A stretch of DNA of 64,000 bases from Naegleria gruberi (lineage: Eukaryota). Positions 42,701 to 53,189 of the stretch are shown here, in pieces (positions within the stretch are counted from its first letter, which is position 1; each line of letters starts with the position of its first letter). A model generated the notes under the pieces. That model saw only the letters and a program-made list of their open reading frames with translations. It did no database searches and was not told the origin of the DNA. The translations under genes were made by a program, and so were the position numbers. The DNA lies in NCBI GenBank assembly GCA_000004985.1, contig GG738869.1; one strand, 5' to 3'.

Positions 42701-43019
42701 TTATGGCTCCTTTGAAATACGAAGTGACCGTGAGCTAGTTCTAGAAGCCGTTCGCCATGATTATCACTCCCTTGAATATGTTGTCATTGAATTATTAAGC
42801 GACGAAGAATTCATGACGAAATGCGTGGAAATTAATATTAATTCTCTAATTTATGCTCACTACCAATTAAGATACAATGTAGATTTTCTGAAACGATTGA
42901 ACAAGACAGATATGATCAGAGAAGACACTGATTTACACAACAAAATAGATATTGAAGGACTATTAGGATACAATCCAAAACTTAAAGATTTGAATATTAT
43001 TGATAGAGCTGAAATTTAA
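39713..43019 (+). CDS. DUF4116-type tandem-repeat protein (~28 copies of a ~35-aa 'L(K/R)NDREFVLxAVKxNGxAL(K/Q)YASEEL' repeat); join(39713..40278,40323..40619,40667..43019)
   Basis: The repeat signature recurs throughout (RNDRDVVLRAVKENAGSIEVVSEELRSDREFVEKVV..., LKNDREFALEMV..., LQNDRDFILESVSTNGLVLRYVASHYKEDREVVLKAVKNHGNSIRYGA...). There are two introns: 40279..40322 (44 nt, GTAGGTTG) and 40620..40666 (47 nt, GTAAGTTG). Both join in frame; total length is 3216 nt. Confidence 0.8.
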
Positions 43020-43134
43020 CACAAACTATCACGTGATACCAGCTGGTAATGAGTTTACTAACAATGTTCCCATTTTCCAAGTTGAGTTTGGAATGTTGTC
43101 TTAACAATGAAACAGAAAAATATGTAAAAATTAT

Positions 43135-45111
43135 TTACTCTCTACTCTGTATCATGTTATTTACAATACGTTTGTAATTTGCTCTTGATAGAGAGACCAA
43201 ATCATCCAAACCAAATGAATAACTTGAATTATTATCGAGACAATATTCCATCATGCTAATGAGTTCCAAAATCTGTTCTCTAAACATTGGTATACTCACA
43301 ACAGTATCCTTCTTTGTTGTTGCATGTAAGGAGAATCTGGAAACGAGTGTAGAACGACATATTATAGTAATAGGAATTGTGGTTGACTTGATGAGTTTGT
43401 TTAGCTCTTTTAACACTCTCTTACAATCCATTGATGTTGGAAATAAGAACATGGCCCAATATAACTGAAAGTGTATACTCTCCTTTAACAATCTAGATTT
43501 GGATGTCAGATCTTGAATTGCTTGTTTTGTAACTTGGTGATAATCTAATGTATTGTCTTTCAGTACATTCATCCATCCAATTAACAACTTAGTGGCAAAC
43601 AGAATTGGAGAATTCCCAAAATTGAGCATTAAGAAATTCAAATCATTTCGAGCCAAATGAAATTCTGCTTGTTGGGCTAGAAAGATTGATCTGTTTAGAT
43701 AGGCATTGAATCTATCTCTAGCATGAGTTGCATTTGTACATGCCATATCAAAATATTGTCTAGCCCTTACATAATTTCCATTCAGTTCCATAACAAAAGC
43801 AACATTGACCATTGCACTAATGTACCTAGAATCTATTCGAATGGCATTTAGAGAATTATCCTTAGACTGTTTCCTCAGATTTAGAATTTCAGTTGCTTGC
43901 TCCAAATTAGACCTTGCCTCAAGTTGACGAGAAAGAGCCAACTGTACAAGTGCCTTATTATTGAGAGCTCGTGTATCATTGGGATTTAAACTATCTAATA
44001 CATACTGAAATTTAGAAGCAGCCTCATGAAAGTTTTCTGAAAACAGTAAATAATAGCCATGAAATTTGTATGAAAAGCTGCGAACATCATCCCAAATTCC
44101 TTTGACGATTGATTGACACATACGAACCAAGGAGAATTCAACTTGGTTATATCGAATTTGACCAACCTTTGTAACTTGAGAAAATTTGTTTTCACTCTTT
44201 GCTAATTGTCCAACAAAGTCAACAAGGTCTGGATTCGGATTGTTGGTGGGGTTTGTTTCAGCTCGATCTTGGAACATGTAGAGCCGAATAATAATTTCTT
44301 CCATAGTTTCGTATTGAGGAATTCTAGTTTCTTGACTTTGAAAACAACTCCATAACAATGGTACAAGATTACTCTCCTCCAATCTGTGTCTAGCTTCTTC
44401 AGAATCATTTTCGTATAGAATTGCCGCAATTTCATCATTCTCCAAGGTTGAAAATGTTTGATTTAGATTTCCTGTAATTAATTGAAATAAAATTGACCCC
44501 AAGGCAAAGACATCATAGGTTTCACTACTTCCTTCACTTGGATAGTTGTTTCCACAACTGTTTGAAAACTCATCATCATCATCAAGAACATCTCCAACAT
44601 GTTGCATCTTTTCAAAATCTGCAAGGACTATTCTAATCACATCGTTTTCATAGCTTTCAACAAGAATATTCTTCAATGTTATATCTCTGTGCACAATGTT
44701 GTTATGATTCCTCAATTCGACAAGAGCACTCGCTAGTTGATAACCTATTTGATATATGATTGGAAATGGAAGTAATCTCATTTGTTTAGTTGTCTCATCA
44801 AACAACATTGAATACAGATCACACTTATAGAATGGCATTTCAATTACCAGTGCATTGTTTTCAAAGTAAGATCGGTAAATTTTCACAATGTTTGGATGGT
44901 CCACCTTTTCTATCATTTCTGCAATTTCCTTTTGTTTTTGTAAATGTTCATCAAGTTTCTCACATTTCATATTATTTTCTTCCCTCTCAATTCTATAAAC
45001 CTTATTTGTGGATATTTCACGAATGACGTGGATTAGAATAGGGGAACGACGACTAGTGTGCAGTAATTGATAGTTGACTTTGTCTTTTTTCCATTTTTCA
45101 GTAATAGACAT
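43135..45111 (-). CDS. Kinase-like (probable pseudokinase) N-terminal domain fused to a TPR-like C-terminal helical region
   Basis: 'IVHRDITLKNILV' (HRD retained), 'LADFEK' (DFG replaced by DFE) and no GxGxxG loop. The C-terminal half has TPR-like helical repeats. ATG at 45111. Confidence 0.65.
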   Translation of the reverse strand: MSITEKWKKDKVNYQLLHTSRRSPILIHVIREISTNKVYRIEREENNMKCEKLDEHLQKQKEIAEMIEKVDHPNIVKIYRSYFENNALVIEMPFYKCDLYSMLFDETTKQMRLLPFPIIYQIGYQLASALVELRNHNNIVHRDITLKNILVESYENDVIRIVLADFEKMQHVGDVLDDDDEFSNSCGNNYPSEGSSETYDVFALGSILFQLITGNLNQTFSTLENDEIAAILYENDSEEARHRLEESNLVPLLWSCFQSQETRIPQYETMEEIIIRLYMFQDRAETNPTNNPNPDLVDFVGQLAKSENKFSQVTKVGQIRYNQVEFSLVRMCQSIVKGIWDDVRSFSYKFHGYYLLFSENFHEAASKFQYVLDSLNPNDTRALNNKALVQLALSRQLEARSNLEQATEILNLRKQSKDNSLNAIRIDSRYISAMVNVAFVMELNGNYVRARQYFDMACTNATHARDRFNAYLNRSIFLAQQAEFHLARNDLNFLMLNFGNSPILFATKLLIGWMNVLKDNTLDYHQVTKQAIQDLTSKSRLLKESIHFQLYWAMFLFPTSMDCKRVLKELNKLIKSTTIPITIICRSTLVSRFSLHATTKKDTVVSIPMFREQILELISMMEYCLDNNSSYSFGLDDLVSLSRANYKRIVNNMIQSRE

Positions 45112-45236
45112 GATGATTTTTGTTTAGTGTGTAAGTTTTGCATGATGGTTGTTTACAAGGAAAAGACCAGATCAAAATCCAAAATGGAATTATTCCAAAA
45201 TAATAATTTTAAAATTTCATATCCAAGTTAACTCGT

Positions 45237-46739
45237 TTATAATACAATTTGTACAAATTCATTGATCAAGTGACTGTCATGCATTTTGTATCTTGTCATG
45301 GTATCATTTCCAATTCTTTCCAATTCAACTAAGCAATCATCTAAATCCTTCTTTGTGTGAGCACTAGAAATGCAGAATCTTACTCTGGCCAAAGCAGTTG
45401 GACAAGCAGGAGCACCAACAATAACAATGGCAATTCCTCTCTCGAGGCAAATTCTAGAAAATGCAATCAATTTTGTCAAGTGATAAATCATCATGACGAT
45501 AACAGGTGAATCTCTATCTGAAATAATTTCAAATCCAAGTTTTTTCAAAGAATCCCCAAAGTAATTGGTATTGAAACTCAATTGGTCTAATTTTTCCTTT
45601 CCAATACTTGTGTTATCTTCACCCATAATGCAAGTGAGAGCTGACAATGCCTGTTGGGCACAAGGAATTGATATTGAAGTACCATAAATCAATCCAAAGC
45701 AAGATTTTTTCAAATAATCAATGACCTCAGCATCTCCAGAAATGTATCCTCCCACAGAATTAAAACTCTTTGTAAAGGTTCCCATCAAGATGTCAATATC
45801 CTTTGGGTCAACATTTTGCTGTTCACAAACACCTCTTCCAGTTTTACCCAAAGCTCCACACGAATGAGCCTCATCCACATAGAGATGGAACTTGTATTGC
45901 TTCTTCAATTCAACTACTCTTTTCAAATTGACAATTTCACCTTCCATACTGTAAATTCCCTCAACAATGACAATAATCTTCTTCCATGGTTTTCTATTTC
46001 CTGGTCCTGGTTGACCATCAATAATGTTCTTTCTCAATAATTTCTCCAAATGATCCATATCATTGTGTCTGAAACGAAGAACTGTTGGAGTACCTTCTGA
46101 AGCTCTAGTTCCATTCACAATACTTGAATGGTTCAAAGAATCGGACAAGATGAGACAATCTCTAGTTGGAGCCAATAATGGAATAACTGTAGAATTGGTT
46201 GCAAATCCCATGGACACAACCATTGCACTTTCCTTTCCAATAAATCTAGCAACTCTCTTTTCCAATTCTCTATGAATTGGAGTATAACCATATTCAGAAT
46301 ATGCAGAACCAGAAGCAACACCATATTTATCAAAACTCTCCAAAACCTGATCAACTACATGTGAAGGACTTTCAGAAAATCCTAGATAATTATAACTAGC
46401 CATATTTAAACAACTTTTCAATTTACCATTCGTGTCAATATTTGCAACTCTTTCAGTGTTTGGATTTCTCATCATGACTTGAATATGTGAAGATGGTCTG
46501 CTTGCAATCGGTCTGTGGAAACAATCAGAACATTTCCCATAGATTCTTCTCACAAAGAAATCATCATCTACGAGGGGTTTCTTACTAGCTTCATCAGGAA
46601 ACCTTTCATAATTTGTTTTATCGATCGGACCAATGAAGAGAATATGAAACAAATCGCTGATCTTTCCCAATATAAATACAATTAGTAGATTTGTATGGGT
46701 TAGAAATAAAGTCAACGGGGAAGGATCACAATGCGTCAT
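45237..46739 (-). CDS. LCB2: Serine palmitoyltransferase long-chain-base subunit 2 (LCB2/SPTLC2), alpha-oxoamine synthase family
   Basis: PLP-lysine motif 'GTFTKSFNSVGGYISG'. 'NMASYNYLGF', 'DEAHSCGALGKTGRG' and 'RRIYGKCSDCFHRP' are hallmarks of SPT subunit 2. Confidence 0.85.
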   Translation of the reverse strand: MTHCDPSPLTLFLTHTNLLIVFILGKISDLFHILFIGPIDKTNYERFPDEASKKPLVDDDFFVRRIYGKCSDCFHRPIASRPSSHIQVMMRNPNTERVANIDTNGKLKSCLNMASYNYLGFSESPSHVVDQVLESFDKYGVASGSAYSEYGYTPIHRELEKRVARFIGKESAMVVSMGFATNSTVIPLLAPTRDCLILSDSLNHSSIVNGTRASEGTPTVLRFRHNDMDHLEKLLRKNIIDGQPGPGNRKPWKKIIVIVEGIYSMEGEIVNLKRVVELKKQYKFHLYVDEAHSCGALGKTGRGVCEQQNVDPKDIDILMGTFTKSFNSVGGYISGDAEVIDYLKKSCFGLIYGTSISIPCAQQALSALTCIMGEDNTSIGKEKLDQLSFNTNYFGDSLKKLGFEIISDRDSPVIVMMIYHLTKLIAFSRICLERGIAIVIVGAPACPTALARVRFCISSAHTKKDLDDCLVELERIGNDTMTRYKMHDSHLINEFVQIVL

Positions 46740-47170
46740 TGAAAAACTGTACTGTTAGTAATATATATTTGTTATTATTGTTAAAAACTGTTGAAGAATA
46801 TTTTGAGTGGTTGTTTTTGTGGCTGTTTTGTGTGTGGCTATGAGGAAATGCACGGTGAGTGTGTTGACCTTTTTTTTGAGTAATACTTGAATAAGATTCG
46901 ATGAGCGAATTGAAATATTTTTGAGAATCGAATCTTTCTCATTATCCTTCAAGAAGAAGAGGAGTTGCTGCTTGTCGCCGTTTGTTCGTTTATTGCTGTT
47001 GGTGTTTGGGCAATTGGAAGATAGAACGAACTTCGGGTGTACACCATGTCGTTGAATGGTTGTGTTTTCCTTTTAGATGGAATTTGATCATGCAATTTCC
47101 TGAACACTCCCTGACCAAAGGTAAGTTTTAGAAGAGTTGTTACGTTTGATTTTTTTGAAATGGATGTGAA

Positions 47171-47251
47171 GCAGGGGTTCCCGAGTGGTCAAAGGGGGTA
47201 GACTCAAGTTCTACTGCGCAAGCTTCGTGGGTTCAAATCCCACCTTCTGCA
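47171..47251 (+). tRNA. tRNA-Leu (anticodon CAA), type II with long variable arm
   Basis: GCAGGGGTTCCCGAGTGGTCAAAGGGGGTAGACTCAAGTTCTACTGCGCAAGCTTCGTGGGTTCAAATCCCACCTTCTGCA. D-loop GAGTGGTCAAAG, anticodon loop CUCAAGU, T-arm GUGGG/CCCAC and discriminator A. It is followed immediately by GCTTTTTTT. Confidence 0.85.
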
Positions 47252-47252
47252 G

Positions 47253-47260
47253 CTTTTTTA
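47253..47260 (+). terminator. Pol III oligo-T terminator of tRNA-Leu
   Basis: A T7 tract begins 2 nt after the tRNA 3' end. Confidence 0.5.
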
Positions 47261-47438
47261 CAAAATCAACTTATAAGATGTATAAACTTTTTTTATATCT
47301 GCATGTTGTATTTGATGTCTACCATCATATCTGAAAGAATCTATTTTTTATTTACTATTTTAGTTCGAAGAATAGCCTCAGATCAAAAACGTTGATATTT
47401 CACTTGAAAAAATCTCATCACTTTACAATTTTAAAAAA

Positions 47439-49445
47439 ATGTCTCAACAACCTTCAAGCTGCCTTTTATTGTCTCTACCCGACGAATGTCTATCACTGGT
47501 TTTTTCCAACCTCTCCATACAAGAACTATTCTTCCGAGCCAGATCTACCTGTAGAAATTTTCATGAAATTATTGTGGGTATCGCTTCACCATTTCAACAA
47601 AAGGAAAACAAGAATTGCTTGATAAGAAATCAAAAGTTGAAAATTTTGTGTTTAAATAATAATCCAATCAGATTAAAATCACTGTGGGAGTGTATTAGAA
47701 AGGGTTATTTTGAAGAATCAGTAACTAAATTCAGTATTACTGCTAGAAGAACTGAATTGTTGGAAACTTTGCTTGACAAGAATGATTTCTTTGTAAAATA
47801 CTTTTCAAATTTGGAATGTTTAAAATTTGGATCAAAGAATTTGTGCAGTGAACATATTTCTGAATTGTTTAATCCTGATAATTCCAAACATTTAAGAAAG
47901 TTAACAATATTGAAGTTGGCAAATAATAATTTGGATATCAAAACAGCAAGGAGCATAGCCAAGTGTGAAAACTTAACTAATTTGACATCACTAGATTTGA
48001 GCACTAATGTTATGGAAGGTGACTGTATAGAATTACTAACGAGTCCATATTTAGAAAAGTTAACAAATCTCAATTTGAGTGGTAATTATATTACAACAAT
48101 ATTATGGAAAGAAAAATTCAAATTCAAAAACTTGGAAAAGATATCAATTGAAAATCCATTTGAGTTCGTTTTCAATAATCAATCTGAAACATATTTATTT
48201 AGCAAGCTCACATATCTAGATGCTTCTGACTCAATTGAGGAGGAAAAAAGATTCTCTGCTATGAAAAAGTTTGATTCCATACCAACAATCACATATTTGA
48301 ATTTAAATTATGTAGAATTAACACAAGAATCCATACTATCCCTTATTGCAGATAGTAGATGCCTTTCCAAGTTGGAAAATTTAGAATTAATCGGTTGCTC
48401 ACTTACTGGAACTGGATTTGCAATCTTGACTAGAAGCAGATATTTATCAAATTTGAAAAATCTGGTTGCTGAAAGTAATGACATTGATTTTGAAGGTTTT
48501 GTACACTTTGGAACAGATTCGTTTACTTTGAAGAATCTAATTACTCTAGATTTAATTTCAAATGACTTTAGCGTGAAATCTTATGAATATTTATTAAGAG
48601 AACCCTCTTTAACAAAATTGGAGAAACTTTATTGTGATAATGTTGATGAGGTTGAGGCAAAATACATTGCAGAACACCAAGAAAATATTACAGGAATAAC
48701 TGATTTGGTATTTACTGGCTATTCTGAAATGGAAGATGACAGTATGAAATATTTGGCCATGTTAAAATTACTCAAACTCAAGAAATTGAAATGCACTGGC
48801 ACAGGAGGCACCTTTTCAGGATTGATTTACTTTTTAGAAAATTGCACTTGTGAAAATTTGGAAACATTAGAATTTGGTAGGGTAAAATTTACAAATATTG
48901 ACGAGCAAATGAAGGCCATCTCATCACTACTCTCCAATAAGCACTTCTCCAAGTTGGAAACCCTAACTTTGGATGGACTTGCTGATGAACCTTTGAGAAT
49001 GTTATTGGATAATATGGACGACGATAAGTTATTGAGCAAACTTTCAACTTTATCAATTTCAGAAATTAATGACGATGCATTCAGAGTTCTAACAAGTCAT
49101 CCAAATAGTTCCAAATTGAAAATGCTTGCTCTTATGGAAGGAGAGCTTTCAGATGAGTCAATTGAACATTTTGTTAATAGTCCACACTTTCATGAGCTTA
49201 ATTATTTGGATTTGATTGGAACTGAAATATCACGTGAATCGAGTAAGCGTATTGCTCACAGTACCAACATTCCAAATCTCGAATATTTATTTGGTTCTTT
49301 TATTTTGGCTGATTTCGAACAGGAAACTAATTTACCGAAACTTTCTCATCTCTATTTAACAGAAAATGGTTTGGAAACCCCAAAAGATGATGATGATGAT
49401 GGATTGTATGAAGCAACAGAAGTGGAAGATCAACTTTCAAATTAA
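47439..49445 (+). CDS. F-box / leucine-rich-repeat (RNI-like) protein
   Basis: N-terminal F-box 'LPDECLSLVFSNLSIQELFFRARSTCRNFHEII'. About 15 LRR-RI type repeats follow (LTNLTSLDLSTN..., LSKLENLELIGCSLTGTG...). Confidence 0.75.
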   Translation: MSQQPSSCLLLSLPDECLSLVFSNLSIQELFFRARSTCRNFHEIIVGIASPFQQKENKNCLIRNQKLKILCLNNNPIRLKSLWECIRKGYFEESVTKFSITARRTELLETLLDKNDFFVKYFSNLECLKFGSKNLCSEHISELFNPDNSKHLRKLTILKLANNNLDIKTARSIAKCENLTNLTSLDLSTNVMEGDCIELLTSPYLEKLTNLNLSGNYITTILWKEKFKFKNLEKISIENPFEFVFNNQSETYLFSKLTYLDASDSIEEEKRFSAMKKFDSIPTITYLNLNYVELTQESILSLIADSRCLSKLENLELIGCSLTGTGFAILTRSRYLSNLKNLVAESNDIDFEGFVHFGTDSFTLKNLITLDLISNDFSVKSYEYLLREPSLTKLEKLYCDNVDEVEAKYIAEHQENITGITDLVFTGYSEMEDDSMKYLAMLKLLKLKKLKCTGTGGTFSGLIYFLENCTCENLETLEFGRVKFTNIDEQMKAISSLLSNKHFSKLETLTLDGLADEPLRMLLDNMDDDKLLSKLSTLSISEINDDAFRVLTSHPNSSKLKMLALMEGELSDESIEHFVNSPHFHELNYLDLIGTEISRESSKRIAHSTNIPNLEYLFGSFILADFEQETNLPKLSHLYLTENGLETPKDDDDDGLYEATEVEDQLSN

Positions 49446-49516
49446 ATAAATTTCTGTTCGAATCAAAACTAATTCTAATTTGGTAATTCTCATAGTTTTA
49501 CAAAGTCGAAAAAAAA

Positions 49517-49718
49517 ATGTCCTACTTACTATCAGTGCTTCTGCCAGATGTCATCCTTTCAATCGTGCTCATTCTTTTCTTTATTGTCGTTTCTAGACAA
49601 TTGACACTCTTTAATAATTACAAACAAAGAATATTGAGAGAGAAGGTTAAAACTTCAAGAGAATACAATCGGAAGAAAATTATGGCAGATACAGAAGAGG
49701 GAAATGGTCAGGAGGAAC
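49517..49718 (+). CDS. Possible 5' exon / TM0 helix of the downstream OSCA-TMEM63 gene (or a short upstream ORF)
   Basis: 'MSYLLSVLLPDVILSIVLILFFIVVSRQLTLFNNYKQR' resembles the OSCA N-terminal TM0 followed by a basic loop. A clean in-frame GT-AG join to the main ORF could not be found. The only in-frame option is a 26-nt GTAATT...TCAG intron, which is too short to accept. Confidence 0.25.
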
Positions 49719-49800
49719 GTAATTCGAATACAGACGAAACTCAGACAAATCAAGAAGAAGTCGGGACGAATTGCTTGTGGATCCACAAATTGTTTCTACC

Positions 49801-52035
49801 ATGTCTTATTGGGAGAAATCAATGAGAGAGGGTGTTGCGTCATCATTTGTGTTTTTCATGGAATTAATTAGAAATTTATATGTTTCAATAATTAGTTTAG
49901 TTTCGTATGGATATAGAAGAAGGAATTTATACAAAATTTATAGAAAGTTCGGAAGAGAAAAGGCTATTTACTTGAGTTTCCAGCTTCATTTATTGTGGAT
50001 TAGTCTATTATGCTCAATTATTGTCTGTGCTGTCTTGTTACCTTTACATTTGACAGGTAGAGAAATTGACAACTCGGAATATGCATATAATATCGTTGCT
50101 CTTACCTCTGCTCTCAGAGCAGCAACTTCACCAGTCAAGATGTTTGCTCACGTAGCCATTCTAATTGTGTTTATAATTATTACATTAGTTTTCATGGTTT
50201 CTTTCAATAGAAATAGGTTTAGTTCTTCACTTCTTTTGGTAGGTGAAGATTCTAATAGCACAGAACAGGATTCTACCCTTTCCAATGACGAAACTGTTAT
50301 CATTTCTCCATTTACAATAGTTTTAGATGGAATTCCAAAAGAATCATCTCAGAAAAGTGTCGAACAATTCATTGAAGAAAATTTTAATGGTGGATTGAGT
50401 GCGAATGATGAAAATAGTAAGATTGTAAAGATATTTCATGTGCCAAATCTTGTGGATCGGTTAAATCTCAAAGAATTGGAAGAACATTTGGAAAGAGAAT
50501 TGGAACATTTCATGCATTTAAAAGGAAAATCAAATTATGATGTTGCCAAACGTCACATAGTTCATGAAATGAGACCATTGTACTCGGATGATTTGAGATT
50601 CAAATTGTGTGGATGTACTACATATAGTACCAATTTGAAAACTATGACTACTGATGAGGCAGTAGAATATTTAAGATTGGAATATTCAGATTGTAAAAGA
50701 ATGGTGGAACAATGGGATGGAGAATATACTTCAATGTTTCTTACAGATGAAAGACAATCACAAGATGAGGAATATTTATCTCAAATCAAACAAGTGAAAT
50801 CATCTGGAAAGTGCTTTATAGTTTTTAAAAAGGTTGAACATGTTGATGAAGCAATTGAAAAGAATCGAATAATGTTCAATGATTCTTCAGTTTCCTTGAT
50901 GAAACTATTAATTGAACCGCAAGATATCAATTGGCACTTTATTGGCGGTACCTCCAAATACTTTTCCTTGAGAAACTTTTGCATGATTAGTTTAATATTC
51001 TTTGTATTGTTGGTATTTTCTGGACCACCATCCATTTTACAATCACTTCAAGCATTGGGATCTCCTATTCTTAAAGCTGTCAAACTTGGTGACTTGTCTG
51101 ATTTACTATTTCACTACTGTCCTTCTCTGTTGATTTTCATTTTCAGCAAATTGTTTCCAATATTTTTCAAAAAGATTACTCAAACAGAGAAGCACCTTTC
51201 CAAATCATTTTACAGTAGGATATTATTAGTGAGATTGTTTACATTTTCCATTTTGAATATTCTCATTTTACCAGGATTGTGGATTATCTCAGCTTTCCTC
51301 TTTTTAGTTTTCGCAAATGATGGCAAACATTTGGATATCATGTTCTTGCCAAAAACAATTGAAACAATGATTTCTACATTGCTACAATTCATGGTTATGG
51401 AGAATGTTTACGAATTGGTCAGATTTGGCAAAACACTTTATTATATTTGGAAGACAACATTTAATTGTTACAGAAAAGCAAGAACTCCCACTCAAATTTT
51501 AAAACTAATTAAGGAAACTAAGGAATTCGATATGGAAGAGAATGTTTCAAACATGTTGGGTATATTATGTATGTCGATGGTCTATTCATTCTGTTGTCCA
51601 CTTGTAATGCCATTGGCATTCCTTTGCATCTTTATCAAGCACTGGTTTGATAGATGTGTTATTGAAGAGGAATTCACTCATCACTCCAATATCAATGAGA
51701 AGGATGACAAACTCGATTTTACCAGTAGTTTGAGATTATCCAAGCTATTGATCGTTCTTGTTCTTACAACATTGAGCATTGTTGGAATGATTGTAATTTT
51801 AGGATTTTCTTACTTGTTTTTTACTAGTCTAATGTATATTATACATTTGGGAGTTTGTGGAGCTTGCTTAGCTATTCTTCTATTAATTACCTTGGCGTTG
51901 ATTTTCAAACAAAACTCAAGTGTCAGATCAAATAAGAAAGATATTGCAGAACAGCAAGAACGAATGCTTGATCCAAATTCATTCTCACAACAAGTTCAAG
52001 ATATTCTCAATGTGGAAAATATTCTCAAGTTTTGA
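49801..52035 (+). CDS. OSCA/TMEM63/CSC1-family mechanosensitive (hyperosmolality-gated) cation channel (DUF221, 7TM)
   Basis: The architecture matches OSCA: TM1-2, then a cytosolic RRM-like domain ('TIVLDGIPKESSQKSVEQFIEENF', compare TVLVRNVP..VEHFF). 'FIVFKKVEHVDEA' precedes a 7-TM block ('CCPLVMPLAFLCIFIKHWFDRC'). The first ATG in frame is at 49801 (the track start at 49771 is TTG). Confidence 0.75.
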   Translation: MSYWEKSMREGVASSFVFFMELIRNLYVSIISLVSYGYRRRNLYKIYRKFGREKAIYLSFQLHLLWISLLCSIIVCAVLLPLHLTGREIDNSEYAYNIVALTSALRAATSPVKMFAHVAILIVFIIITLVFMVSFNRNRFSSSLLLVGEDSNSTEQDSTLSNDETVIISPFTIVLDGIPKESSQKSVEQFIEENFNGGLSANDENSKIVKIFHVPNLVDRLNLKELEEHLERELEHFMHLKGKSNYDVAKRHIVHEMRPLYSDDLRFKLCGCTTYSTNLKTMTTDEAVEYLRLEYSDCKRMVEQWDGEYTSMFLTDERQSQDEEYLSQIKQVKSSGKCFIVFKKVEHVDEAIEKNRIMFNDSSVSLMKLLIEPQDINWHFIGGTSKYFSLRNFCMISLIFFVLLVFSGPPSILQSLQALGSPILKAVKLGDLSDLLFHYCPSLLIFIFSKLFPIFFKKITQTEKHLSKSFYSRILLVRLFTFSILNILILPGLWIISAFLFLVFANDGKHLDIMFLPKTIETMISTLLQFMVMENVYELVRFGKTLYYIWKTTFNCYRKARTPTQILKLIKETKEFDMEENVSNMLGILCMSMVYSFCCPLVMPLAFLCIFIKHWFDRCVIEEEFTHHSNINEKDDKLDFTSSLRLSKLLIVLVLTTLSIVGMIVILGFSYLFFTSLMYIIHLGVCGACLAILLLITLALIFKQNSSVRSNKKDIAEQQERMLDPNSFSQQVQDILNVENILKF

Positions 52036-52082
52036 TTTTTGTTTGACAATCAACACTCAATTCTGTAACTCTTAAGGCAATC

Positions 52083-53189
52083 TCAATAAAAAATGGAAAT
52101 ATCAGAAAATGTTAAATTATTCAATTGACCTTTCAGATGTGTAAAGAATATTATTTCTTCTGAAGATTTAGTTTCAAAAAATGTTCTTTGATAAATAAAT
52201 CCATGAAAACGTCCAAAAACAATTGTTTCCTTTTCATTCTCAATTGCTATTTGAAGGGGTTCCTCTTTAAGCAGATGAAAATGTGTGGCAGATCTTACGG
52301 CAGTTGACATACTGGAGCAGCAGACATCACTGAATGATCCCTCAATTTTAATAGGTTGAAATTCTTTGACTATTCTTGGCGAAACTAATCCAGTACATTG
52401 CTTTGAATTGTTTAGTCCTGCACAATAAATTTTACCATCCTCTAATAGTAAAGCTAGATGAGAAAATCCACCAACCATCTTTTTAATTCCACAATTGATT
52501 GATAATTTCAATTCATTCAACTCTCCACTAACATTGCCAAATCCAATTCCATTCTTTCTAATAAATAGACGATTGTTTTCCAATAAGATGAATTGTGCAT
52601 TATTGGTGGAACAACATGCAAATTGTTTCACTCTATATTCCGGAAATGGAAAATGAATATTTTCAACCATTTCCTCTTTTTCATAAATAGTTCCATCAAT
52701 TGTCTGAACTAACCAACAAGTTGACATGATTCCACTTCCAACACAATTAAGTAATGAAGTGTGTGAGATGAAGAATTTGTGCATTTTCAATGTTTGAGTA
52801 TCAAATTCAAACAAAGATCCATCCATCATTTCGAATAAAATAAATCTTGAATTATTCGAAACAACTCTCTTCATAGATTGCCCTCTTTTTGAATTGCTCA
52901 ACTCAGACAGCAATGAACTAAACTTTTTTTTCTCTCCTTGAAATACGAAATATTCACTCTCACTCCCTTCGAACAGAAACATTGAATAGGAACCATCACT
53001 ATTCCCACCACAACAAATATACGAAACATGTATTGTTGCATTTTCTTGAATCTCGGAGGGTGAAAAATTATTTTCTTCAGCTTTAGGAAAATTTGAAGGT
53101 TTAATTTCCATCTTGTGCCAACGAGCAGGAAAATCCAAACCTAAATTCTTAAATTTGGTGTGAAAGATTTCACCATAAACTTTGAGCAT
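52083..53189 (-). CDS. RCC1-like repeat protein (beta-propeller); start uncertain
   Basis: 'GGFSHLALLLEDGKIYCAGLNNSKQCTG' and 'CCGGNSDGSYS' are RCC1-type blades. The track start at 53252 is GTG and is preceded by an in-frame TAG coinciding with a possible acceptor. The first in-frame ATG is at 53189. Confidence 0.5.
   Translation of the reverse strand: MLKVYGEIFHTKFKNLGLDFPARWHKMEIKPSNFPKAEENNFSPSEIQENATIHVSYICCGGNSDGSYSMFLFEGSESEYFVFQGEKKKFSSLLSELSNSKRGQSMKRVVSNNSRFILFEMMDGSLFEFDTQTLKMHKFFISHTSLLNCVGSGIMSTCWLVQTIDGTIYEKEEMVENIHFPFPEYRVKQFACCSTNNAQFILLENNRLFIRKNGIGFGNVSGELNELKLSINCGIKKMVGGFSHLALLLEDGKIYCAGLNNSKQCTGLVSPRIVKEFQPIKIEGSFSDVCCSSMSTAVRSATHFHLLKEEPLQIAIENEKETIVFGRFHGFIYQRTFFETKSSEEIIFFTHLKGQLNNLTFSDISIFY

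Noticed and set aside
46990-47170. Short ORF 'MQFPEHSLTK' ending in a GTAAGT donor just upstream of tRNA-Leu, as a first exon with the tRNA inside an intron
   Set aside because: No downstream acceptor gives a coherent frame into the F-box/LRR gene, which has its own ATG at 47439. It is probably coincidental.
49719-49744. 26-nt GTAATT...TCAG micro-intron joining the two OSCA ORFs
   Set aside because: It gives an in-frame join but is far shorter than every other intron here (43 nt or more). It is not annotated.
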